A DNA stretch of 64,000 nt. Origin: a virus. Shown here one piece after another: positions 51,073-59,633 of this stretch; within the stretch, counting starts at the first letter, position 1; the number at the start of each line of letters is the position of its first letter. Location: IMG/VR virus record IMGVR_UViG_3300031857_022279, one strand, 5' to 3'. Under the pieces are notes generated by a model. It saw only the letters and a program-made list of their open reading frames with translations. It was not told the DNA's origin and ran no database searches. Position numbers and translations under genes: made by a program.

Positions 51073-52110
51073 ATGAAAAAAATTGCACTTATCACTGGAA
51101 TCACGGGACAAGATGGTAAATACTTAGCTGAGTTACTATTGTCTAAAAATTATATTGTTCATGGAATTAAAAGAAGAAGTTCCTCTTTTAATACATCAAG
51201 AATAGACCATCTTTATGAGACACAGAGAGAGTCATTTTTCTTACATTATGGAGATCTCACTGATTCAACTAACCTGATTAGAATTATTCAAGAAGTTCAA
51301 CCAGATGAAATTTATAATCTCGCCGCACAATCACACGTTAAGGTATCTTTTGAAACTCCCGAATATACTGCAAACGCTGATGCTATTGGAACCCTTAGAA
51401 TTTTAGAGGCAATAAGAATTTTGGGACTTGAAAAAAAGACTAAGTTTTATCAAGCCTCAACTAGTGAAATGTTTGGTTTGGTACAAGAAATCCCTCAAAA
51501 AGAAACTACACCATTCTATCCTAGAAGTCCTTACGGGGTGGCAAAATTATACTCACATTGGATTACTGTAAATTACAGAGAAGCTTATGGAATTTTTGCT
51601 TGTAGCGGCATACTATTTAATCATGAGTCTCCACTAAGAGGAGAGACATTTGTAACAAAAAAAATCACACAAGCTGTTGCTAAAATAAAATTAGGACTTG
51701 AAGATAGATTGCTACTTGGAAATCTTTCAGCTGAGAGAGATTGGGGCCACTCAAAGGATTATGTTGAAGGTATGTGGCTTATGATGCAACATTCAAATCC
51801 TGACGACTTTGTTTTATCTACTGGTAAAAAAATATCAGTTAGAGATTTTACTACTATGGCTTTCAAATTTGTAAATATAGATATTGATTGGCAAGGATCT
51901 GGAATTGACGAGGTCGGTGTTGATAGAAAAACAGGTAAAGTTCTAGTTTCAGTTGATGAGAGGTATTTTAGACCTACCGAAGTTGATCTACTTATAGGAG
52001 ATTCAACTAAAGCGTATGAAGTACTTGGTTGGAGACCAAAGTATGAAGTAGAGGAGCTTTGTAGAGAAATGGTTGAGTATGATTTGAAGTATTTTCAATC
52101 AAACAAATAG
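51073..52110 (+). CDS. gmd: GDP-mannose 4,6-dehydratase
   Basis: [79 protein letters not shown]. Confidence 0.97.
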   Translation: MKKIALITGITGQDGKYLAELLLSKNYIVHGIKRRSSSFNTSRIDHLYETQRESFFLHYGDLTDSTNLIRIIQEVQPDEIYNLAAQSHVKVSFETPEYTANADAIGTLRILEAIRILGLEKKTKFYQASTSEMFGLVQEIPQKETTPFYPRSPYGVAKLYSHWITVNYREAYGIFACSGILFNHESPLRGETFVTKKITQAVAKIKLGLEDRLLLGNLSAERDWGHSKDYVEGMWLMMQHSNPDDFVLSTGKKISVRDFTTMAFKFVNIDIDWQGSGIDEVGVDRKTGKVLVSVDERYFRPTEVDLLIGDSTKAYEVLGWRPKYEVEELCREMVEYDLKYFQSNK

Positions 52111-52148
52111 TAATTTTTTTTGTATATTAGTTTGAAAATTGTTAATTT

Positions 52149-52448
52149 ATGAATAAGTGTGTTTTACAATTATGGGAAGAGTCCTCTAGAAATGGAATAA
52201 TATTACAAGATGGTTGCTCGATACATGTCTCTGAAAGTGAAAGAGATTCATATTTGAAAGGTGTTTATGACTCAAGAACTCCTAAAATTCCTAGTAGTTA
52301 TGAGAGAATAGTAGGAACAACGGTCGAGGCATTTGTTTCCGACAATCTATACTCAAAATTATTAGATAGTAAAAATTTAAGACTTACTGAAATTGAAAAA
52401 AATAACTTGATTTCACTAGAAGAAATTATATTTAAACCAAATACATGA
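52149..52448 (+). CDS. Hypothetical protein
   Basis: 99-aa ORF; WEES...DGCSIH. Confidence 0.65.
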   Translation: MNKCVLQLWEESSRNGIILQDGCSIHVSESERDSYLKGVYDSRTPKIPSSYERIVGTTVEAFVSDNLYSKLLDSKNLRLTEIEKNNLISLEEIIFKPNT

Positions 52449-52747
52449 ACTTTTACTTCTTTTTAGTTACTATTTATTATATTTTTTCTAGGAATCGTCT
52501 TTTGACTGATGTTAAAAATAGAAATTATACAAATAGATTACTAGTTATCCTCGATTCGGTTTATTTCGCATCGATGATATTATACTTCGGATGGGTAGTA
52601 TTTTTATTTTTTACAAATTTCTGGTTAGGAGCTACTCTATCACTTCTATTAGTGGTTAGATGGTTCTTTTTAGATCCATTTAATATGAGAAGGGATATTC
52701 TTTATTGTATCATTAAAATGTGTACACTTTGTCTTATTAGAGGTTGA
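52445..52747 (+). CDS. Hypothetical membrane protein
   Basis: 2-3 hydrophobic helices; ATGA overlap. Confidence 0.6.
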   Translation: MNFYFFLVTIYYIFSRNRLLTDVKNRNYTNRLLVILDSVYFASMILYFGWVVFLFFTNFWLGATLSLLLVVRWFFLDPFNMRRDILYCIIKMCTLCLIRG

Positions 52748-53270
52748 ATCTTTTAAGGTGATCTTCAGTTATGATTATAAAATTCCATCCTTTTTTTTCA
52801 CAGTATTTAATCATCGTTTTCCATTTCTCACTGTTTTTTTGAGCCATTTTTAGATCGTACTCAAAATTTTTTAATTTCTTTATCGAACTTTTAGAATCAG
52901 GTACTTGAAGTTTTTTTTCTTGTAGACTCAAAACCATTTTATATTCTTTCATCGGTTTCACTTCAGCAATTACCTTTTTAGTAATTCCCTCTCCTTGTTC
53001 TATTTCATAATAAAAGTCTGGATAATAATTGTGACTTTTAATTCTGATATCACCTTTATCATAATGGGTTAATTGATATGGAATTGTGATACACTCTGAG
53101 CCCCACTTAACTATTTTATCATTAGCATCTAACCAAGTCATTATTTTCAATTCCCAAGAACTTCTATAATAAACACCACCTTGAGAATTTAATTTTAAGA
53201 CTTTTTGAGTGTGTGTTGGAATGAAATTTCCTTGATGGTAGTTACTATTTTTGGGTGCACTGTTTAACAT
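52737..53270 (-). CDS. gp4: Head completion nuclease (gp4-like, TnsA-type)
   Basis: YRSSWELKIMTWLD...WGSE.ITIPY...HNYYPDF...AEVKP; start reassigned to ATG 53270. Confidence 0.88.
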   Translation of the reverse strand: MLNSAPKNSNYHQGNFIPTHTQKVLKLNSQGGVYYRSSWELKIMTWLDANDKIVKWGSECITIPYQLTHYDKGDIRIKSHNYYPDFYYEIEQGEGITKKVIAEVKPMKEYKMVLSLQEKKLQVPDSKSSIKKLKNFEYDLKMAQKNSEKWKTMIKYCEKKGWNFIIITEDHLKRFNL

Positions 53271-53273
53271 CCT

Positions 53274-53283
53274 AATATATATT
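53274..53283. promoter_or_regulatory. Palindromic AATATATATT: putative bidirectional late promoter
   Basis: AATATATA on both strands, each ending 6 nt before an ATG (53270 minus, 53287 plus). Confidence 0.65.
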
Positions 53284-53286
53284 GAC

Positions 53287-53982
53287 ATGGGTGCTCTACA
53301 AGAAAGGATAAAACTTAATCAGAAAGTTTTTGGTAAAAATATAGTAGATTTTTATAAGAGTAATGTGATTTTTATGGTTGATAAGTATTCAAAATCTGAT
53401 GATATGTGCACTGCAATCTCTATTTCTGATATAACTACTGGTAGATTTTATTTTTTTCACTATCAAGATCCTTCAAATTGGATGAAATACTCACCGGTTT
53501 TTGTTGTGGGATTTAAACAAATTAGAGACTTGAAAATTATTCTTGCATTGAATTTCAATTTCATACCACTTGAAATAAGAGCTGGTATTTTTGATAAATT
53601 TATTATAGAGAGGAATTTTAAAGACGATGATAGTTTAGAGGTAGATTTTCAGGGAGTTTATAGAGAATTACTAAAATTCGGATTTGAATATTCAATAGTT
53701 GAATACAACGCTATACAATTGAATTTAGTTCATCAAATTAATTTAGAACTATTACCAAGATTTTTATATTCATCACATCCTAAAAATACATATGATCCGA
53801 ATAAACTTATGGAAATATGGACTAAGAAGTTAGAAACAAGAAAAGAAAGACACGAAGAAATGATGTCAGCTATATTGTCTGAATTTTACGATGTTACTGG
53901 TGCAATATCAGAGAAGTATGAACAATTAGAATCACATATAAAAAGACTTCAAAATAGTTTAAATAAATTCATGAACAAATAA
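53287..53982 (+). CDS. gp2: DNA end protector (gp2-like)
   Basis: GRFYFFHYQDP...SPVFV...LNFNFIP...R; back-to-back with gp4 as in T4-like phages; start reassigned to ATG 53287. Confidence 0.65.
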   Translation: MGALQERIKLNQKVFGKNIVDFYKSNVIFMVDKYSKSDDMCTAISISDITTGRFYFFHYQDPSNWMKYSPVFVVGFKQIRDLKIILALNFNFIPLEIRAGIFDKFIIERNFKDDDSLEVDFQGVYRELLKFGFEYSIVEYNAIQLNLVHQINLELLPRFLYSSHPKNTYDPNKLMEIWTKKLETRKERHEEMMSAILSEFYDVTGAISEKYEQLESHIKRLQNSLNKFMNK

Positions 53983-54019
53983 ATTTAAAGTTTATATAAT
54001 TAAAAAATTATATTACTAA

Positions 54020-55057
54020 ATGAAAACAATTTTTCTTGAATATATCTGGTTAGACGGTAATTACCCACAAAGACTAAGATCGAAGACTAAGATCGTAGAA
54101 GTTAAAAATGAAGATAAATTGAAATTATCAAATTGGGGTTTTGATGGATCATCTACTTCACAAGCTGAGACTTCTAAATCAGAAATGGTTCTTGTTCCTG
54201 TAAATAAGTTTAAAGATCCATTCAGGGAAAATGGCTACTTCGTAATGTGTGAAGTGTATAATACAGATATGACTCCTCACTCTACTAACAAGCGATACAC
54301 TCTTTCTGAGACTGTAGAAGAGTCTGATGAAGAAACACTCTATGGTTTTGAGCAAGAGTACATAATTTATGATAATAAAACCGGAAAACCACTTGGATGG
54401 CCTAAAGATGGGTTTCCAAGACCACAAGGTGACTATTATTGTGGAGTTGGTGGTAATAATGTGTCTGGTAGAAAATTTGTCGAAAAACACGCTGAGTATT
54501 GTATAAACGCAGGTTTGAATTTTACTGGAATTAATGCTGAGGTAATGCTTGGACAATGGGAATATCAAATCGGTCCGGTGAAAGCACTTGATGGTTCGGA
54601 TCAACTTTGGATTTCAAGATATATTTTAGAAAGATTATCAGAAGAATTTGATTATTCTATTGAGTTTCACCCTAAACCTTATCAAGGAAACGACTGGAAT
54701 GGAAGTGGAATGCATGTCAACTTTTCAACATCAGATATGAGAAAAAACTTCAAAGAAAAGAAAAAACTAATTGTTGAAGCTTGTGAGAAACTAGGTAAAT
54801 CAGTAGAGAACCATATTAAAGTTTATGGAGTTGGAAATGAACTTAGACTAACTGGTACTAATGAAACATGCTCTATAAATCAATTTAAATATGGAATTGG
54901 TGATAGAACCGCGTCAATTAGAATTCCTTTCTCAGTTACTGATGAAACAACTCCGGGATATCTAGAAGACAGAAGACCAGCATCAAACGCAAATCCATAT
55001 GAAATTTGTGATGTTATGATAAAAACAATCTGTGTTGGTTCAGAAGTTGGAATTTAA
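54020..55057 (+). CDS. glnII: Glutamine synthetase type II
   Basis: LEYIWLDG, WGFDGSST.QA, GFEQEY, GINAEVM.GQWEYQIGP, DWNGSGMHVNFS, RLTG.NET, R.ASIRIP, GYLEDRRPASN. Confidence 0.95.
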   Translation: MKTIFLEYIWLDGNYPQRLRSKTKIVEVKNEDKLKLSNWGFDGSSTSQAETSKSEMVLVPVNKFKDPFRENGYFVMCEVYNTDMTPHSTNKRYTLSETVEESDEETLYGFEQEYIIYDNKTGKPLGWPKDGFPRPQGDYYCGVGGNNVSGRKFVEKHAEYCINAGLNFTGINAEVMLGQWEYQIGPVKALDGSDQLWISRYILERLSEEFDYSIEFHPKPYQGNDWNGSGMHVNFSTSDMRKNFKEKKKLIVEACEKLGKSVENHIKVYGVGNELRLTGTNETCSINQFKYGIGDRTASIRIPFSVTDETTPGYLEDRRPASNANPYEICDVMIKTICVGSEVGI

Positions 55058-55060
55058 TCC

Positions 55061-55091
55061 AAAGAGTCCGATAATATCGGACTCTTTTTTT
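55061..55091 (+). terminator. Intrinsic terminator
   Basis: aaagagtccgata-a-tatcggactcttt-tttt. Confidence 0.85.
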
Positions 55092-55159
55092 AATATATAA
55101 TCGAAACTACTTAGAAGCAGTTTTAATTAATATATATTTCAAAATTTTTAAAATTTTTA

Positions 55160-56839
55160 ATGGCATCAACATATAATCCTCTAAATCAAGGCAGTAATGT
55201 ACAATACCTTAATTCAGCTATAGAAAATAGAGGACTCTTTAGTAGAATACTTAGAAATCTTTCATCATGGGGTATGAACTATGACGATATGATTATGAGA
55301 AATCAAGTAGGTATCGGTATAAACGAAGACCCATATTCTCAACAAGGTAATTCTATGTATGACTTTTTTAGTAAAAGAGCTGTAGCATCAGTTCTTAACA
55401 GGAAGTCAATACCTTATCTAGATAGATCATATTCTGATAAAAGAAGAATTTTAAGAGAGTACTCGATCAAAGACGAAATAAGAGATTTTGTTTCTACAGT
55501 TTGTGATGAGGCGGTAATCTATTCAGAAAAAGATTTTTGTAGTCCTAAAAACTTATCTACCGACCTTTCACAAGATATCAGGGATAAGTATCAAGAATCT
55601 TTCGAAAAAATTTATAATAGATATGGATTTTCAGATTCTGTTACTGCTTGGAATTTGATGAAAGATTTTTTGATTGATGGTTATGTTGCTATGGAAATTG
55701 TATGGGATGATAAAAATAAAAATATTGTACACTTTAATCGTCTAAGACCAGAAACTTTAGTTCCAGCATTTGAGCCTTCTATAGGAAATTTGTGGATTCA
55801 ATATCCAGAAGATCCTCAACTTAGAAGAATTTTCTTAGACTCACAAATTATTTTTATCTCATATACAACTCAAAATGACTATTCAGAAACATCTTATGTT
55901 GAAGGTTTGATTAAACCGTATAATCAACTTAAAATTATTGAGCAGACTAAAATTATGTTTAACATAATTAACGCAACTGTTTATCAAAAATTTACAATTC
56001 CTGTAAAAGGTCTTTCAAGACAGAGAGCTGAGGAACAAATTGGCCAACTTATAAACGATTATTCTGAAGAGGTTGAATGGGATGATACACTAGGTACTCT
56101 TCAAATTAACGGAACAAAACATCTTCCTTATAATAAACAAATTTGGTTTCCAGAAGGTGACGCTGGTACTCCTAATATGGAACTAGTTTCACCTCAGGGC
56201 CACAATCTTAATGAGGACGATATTCTAAAATGGTTTTTTAATATTTTAAAAAGGGCTTCAAAAATACCAGTGCAAAGATTTGAAGGCGACAATGGTGGTG
56301 GTAATGTCTTTACTGATGCTGCTGAGATGACAAGAGATGAGGCAAAGTTCAGTAATTTTGTTAATAGATTAAGAGCTAACTTTAAAGAATTAATCGTTAA
56401 GCCTCTTAAATTACAAATGCTCGTGGAATTTCCCGAATTAAAAAATGATGAAATAGTACTTAATCAAATTGATATTGACTTTGTATCTAATCAGCTTTTT
56501 GAAGAATGGAAGAAACTTGGAAACATGGCAAAAAAGATAGAGATACTTGGTAGTTATACAGGTATACAAAAGGCAGATGGTACTCCTTATTTTCACATTG
56601 AATATTTGATTGACCATGTCCTAAGGCTATCTGCAGAAGAAAAAGAAGAAAATAGAAGATATTGGATTAAAGATTCAGCGGGAGCTGGTTCTTCTGATGC
56701 TACTCCAAGTGAGATGCCTGAGGGCACAGAGACACCGACTGAAACTCCTACCGAAACACCGACTGAAACTCCAGAGACTCCAGAGGCAGGTGGAGAAGAG
56801 GGTGGTGAGGGAGAGGCAGGTGGAGAATTTGAATTTTAA
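55160..56839 (+). CDS. gp20: Portal protein (gp20-like)
   Basis: FLIDG, LIKPYNQLKIIEQ.KIMFNI, RAEEQI.QL, WFP..D.G...ELV, DILKWF, RDE.KF..FV.RLR..F. Confidence 0.92.
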   Translation: MASTYNPLNQGSNVQYLNSAIENRGLFSRILRNLSSWGMNYDDMIMRNQVGIGINEDPYSQQGNSMYDFFSKRAVASVLNRKSIPYLDRSYSDKRRILREYSIKDEIRDFVSTVCDEAVIYSEKDFCSPKNLSTDLSQDIRDKYQESFEKIYNRYGFSDSVTAWNLMKDFLIDGYVAMEIVWDDKNKNIVHFNRLRPETLVPAFEPSIGNLWIQYPEDPQLRRIFLDSQIIFISYTTQNDYSETSYVEGLIKPYNQLKIIEQTKIMFNIINATVYQKFTIPVKGLSRQRAEEQIGQLINDYSEEVEWDDTLGTLQINGTKHLPYNKQIWFPEGDAGTPNMELVSPQGHNLNEDDILKWFFNILKRASKIPVQRFEGDNGGGNVFTDAAEMTRDEAKFSNFVNRLRANFKELIVKPLKLQMLVEFPELKNDEIVLNQIDIDFVSNQLFEEWKKLGNMAKKIEILGSYTGIQKADGTPYFHIEYLIDHVLRLSAEEKEENRRYWIKDSAGAGSSDATPSEMPEGTETPTETPTETPTETPETPEAGGEEGGEGEAGGEFEF

Positions 56840-56848
56840 TGTGAGGGT

Positions 56849-57217
56849 CTAAACTTCTTCAGAAGTTTTTCTTTTTTCAGAAATAGTTTGCTTCATTTTT
56901 CTGTAGATTCTTTTATTCTGAATCGGATATTCAACTCCATAATTTTTTTGTAGAGTTTCTTTTCTTTTATACTCTGAGCATTTTCTACAATAATAAATTC
57001 CAAACTCGTTACCGTATTTTATATAATTTTTAAAAATAACTTTTTTTACTACTCCACATCCATCGCACTGACAGTCAATTTTTTGATGAGAACCCTTTGA
57101 TAAAAGATCTATTGGAATAATAATTTCGTCTCCTATTGAAATATCATATCCTAAATTTTCGAAATAGTGAAAATTTGATTCAGAAATTTTTATTGTTATC
57201 TCTCTATTAAGAATCAT
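56849..57217 (-). CDS. Zinc-finger protein matching the N-terminal part of the Hef-like endonucleases (remnant or stand-alone)
   Basis: FENLGYDI...LLSKGSHQKIDCQCDGC...YYCRKC...KNYGVEYP, similar to the N-terminus of 48870..50426; no nuclease domain. Confidence 0.6.
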   Translation of the reverse strand: MILNREITIKISESNFHYFENLGYDISIGDEIIIPIDLLSKGSHQKIDCQCDGCGVVKKVIFKNYIKYGNEFGIYYCRKCSEYKRKETLQKNYGVEYPIQNKRIYRKMKQTISEKRKTSEEV

Positions 57218-57371
57218 AAAAAACCTCTAATTTTAAAGATATATATACAATTATATACACTCCCTTGAGTATCTTCTCCTTACTTTGTTGGATAACCTCC
57301 TATAAAAAATCCACCTTTATAATTTTTAGAATTTTCAAGTCGATATATAATAAAAATAAAAGATAAATTTC

Positions 57372-59594
57372 ATGAAATCAGTTCTTATTGTTGAGAATTC
57401 TATGAATTCTCTGAATATCTCAGAGAGTAACAATAAGGAAGATCAATTTGTTTTAGGTGGTATTTTTACAGAATTCGATGTAAAAAATCGAAATGAAAGA
57501 GTATATACTGCTGACAGATTTCTTCCTTGCCTTCAAGAGTTAAATGAGAGAATAGAATCTATGGGTGTTGTATATGGTGAGTTTGATCACCCAGATGTAT
57601 TTGATACTTCACTTTCAAGAGCTTCTCACATTGTAACTAAGGCACATTATGTTAAAGAAAATAACAGAGTAGAAGGTGAGATTAGATTACTTAATACTCA
57701 TTGGGGAAAAGAAGCTAAGGCTCTAGTTGGAGATAACTGTCCAATATTCGTATCATCAAGAGCTGCTGGAATAACTGAGTCAGACGGTACAGTAACACTT
57801 AAAAAATTATTTACTTACGATATTGTTGCTGATCCTGGATTCGCATCTGCAAAAATGAATGTTAAGGTACTTAATGAATCTTTAAATTATTCAAATAACG
57901 CTAACTTTAGGATATATGAAATGTCCGATGAGTCAAAAATAAACGATCTATTTAATATGAACACTAACGATTTGGTGACAAAACAACAATTGACTGACTA
58001 CTCTCAGTATTTGGTCAATGAGTTAGCTTCTACTAAGAAAGAAGTTCGTAACGCTATCAAGAAGGGTAATTTAAATCCTAAAAAATTGGAGCAGTTACTT
58101 GAATACTATGAGAATTTGAATGAGACTAATTCTCAAATTTTAAAATATTTAGATTATTTGGCTGAGAAAGTACAAATAGTTGTAAATGAAAACACAGATT
58201 TGAAAAACACTGCTGACAGATTGATTAAACATAGTGATTACTTGGCTGAAAATTTAGAAAAAGCAATCAACTATACTGAGTATGTTGCAGAAAATCTTGA
58301 TAAGAATATTGAGTATTCTGAATATATCGCAGAAAATTTGGATAAGAACATTTCTTATGCTGAATATATCGCTGAGAATTTAGATAAGAATATTTCTTAT
58401 GCTGAATATTTGGCTGAAAACTTAGACAAAAACATCGCATATTCAGAATATCTTGCAGAAAATTTGGACAAGAACATCGCATATTCAGAGTATATCGCTG
58501 AGAATTTAGATAAGAATATTTCTTATGCTGAATATTTGGCAGAGAATTTAGATAATTCTATCGCATACTCAGAGTATCTTGCTGAGCATGTGGAAGGTAA
58601 TATCGCTTATTCTGAATATATCGCAGAGAACTTAGATGACAACATTGCTTATTCAGACTATATCGCAGAAAATCTTGACAAATCAATTTCTTATCAGAGT
58701 TTGATTGTTGAGAAATTAAATGGTGGTAAATTGTTCGAAAGTAACGAAGAAGAAGAAAGACTTCCACTTTTGAATGTTGTTGGTATTAATTCATATGAAG
58801 AGGAAGAAGAGGAAGAAGGTGATAAGTATGGTGAAGGTGAAAACTGGAACGACTCAGCTGAATCTCCAACTTCTGAAGAAACACCACAAGTAGGTGAATC
58901 AAATGATACCGAAGAACATCTAGTAGTTGCAGAATCTAATGAAGCTGAAGAGACTCAATCAGAAGCTGAAGAAACTCAGTCTGAAACTGAAACTCAATCA
59001 GAATCTGAAGAAACTCAGTCTGAAGCTGAAGAAACTACTGGTGAGACAGAAGAAAAAAGATACGAAGGTAATTCTGATTCAGAATTATCACAATCTATTG
59101 ATAAATTGATCGAAGAAGCTAAAAAACGTAAAGCTACTGAAACATCCGATCTACATTTCCTAACGTTTTTAACAAAATCTCAGGTTGATAGCTACTATTC
59201 TTTGACAAACGAAGAACAAGACGCTGTTAAACTTTACATAAGCGAAAAAAGTTTCTTTACACAAGTTGATGTGTTGAGATTAATATCTGAGGCTTTAACT
59301 GCTAAAAACGAATCTCTTGAAGAAAGAGTAATCAGATTGATGCCTGAAAACATCAAGCCAATCTGGAACCAATTAAATGAGAATGCTAGAAAATCTATCT
59401 TATCACAAGCTAGATTATACCCATCTGAAGTAATGGCAACTGATTCACAAGTTGATCACTTCTGGATGACTAGAAATCTCAAGAAAAACGAATCTGTAAC
59501 TAAGAAATTAGTTTCACATGAAAGCATGATTCAAGAAGATAGAATATCTGAAAAAGAATTGGGAGCAATCATGGAGAGATTCAAAAACTTATAA
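57372..59594 (+). CDS. gp21: Prohead core protease (gp21-like) fused to a scaffold-like repeat/acidic region
   Basis: GIFTEFDVKNRNERVY, GEFDHP, SHIV, VSSRAAG, TYDIVADPG, followed by about 550 extra residues. Confidence 0.88.
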   Translation: MKSVLIVENSMNSLNISESNNKEDQFVLGGIFTEFDVKNRNERVYTADRFLPCLQELNERIESMGVVYGEFDHPDVFDTSLSRASHIVTKAHYVKENNRVEGEIRLLNTHWGKEAKALVGDNCPIFVSSRAAGITESDGTVTLKKLFTYDIVADPGFASAKMNVKVLNESLNYSNNANFRIYEMSDESKINDLFNMNTNDLVTKQQLTDYSQYLVNELASTKKEVRNAIKKGNLNPKKLEQLLEYYENLNETNSQILKYLDYLAEKVQIVVNENTDLKNTADRLIKHSDYLAENLEKAINYTEYVAENLDKNIEYSEYIAENLDKNISYAEYIAENLDKNISYAEYLAENLDKNIAYSEYLAENLDKNIAYSEYIAENLDKNISYAEYLAENLDNSIAYSEYLAEHVEGNIAYSEYIAENLDDNIAYSDYIAENLDKSISYQSLIVEKLNGGKLFESNEEEERLPLLNVVGINSYEEEEEEEGDKYGEGENWNDSAESPTSEETPQVGESNDTEEHLVVAESNEAEETQSEAEETQSETETQSESEETQSEAEETTGETEEKRYEGNSDSELSQSIDKLIEEAKKRKATETSDLHFLTFLTKSQVDSYYSLTNEEQDAVKLYISEKSFFTQVDVLRLISEALTAKNESLEERVIRLMPENIKPIWNQLNENARKSILSQARLYPSEVMATDSQVDHFWMTRNLKKNESVTKKLVSHESMIQEDRISEKELGAIMERFKNL
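58239..58700 (+). repeat. 42-nt (14-aa) coding tandem repeat, 11 copies (Y[LIV]AENLDKNI.Y.E)
   Basis: 11 x 42 = 462 nt, counted directly in the translation. Confidence 0.92.
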
Positions 59595-59633
59595 TCTACA
59601 AAAAAGTAGACAAAAACAAAAATTTAAAAAAAT

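Noticed and set aside
58239-59040. CRISPR-like periodic DNA
   Set aside because: The periods are multiples of 3, synonymous positions vary, and the repeats lie in frame within the protease gene, so they are coding repeats.
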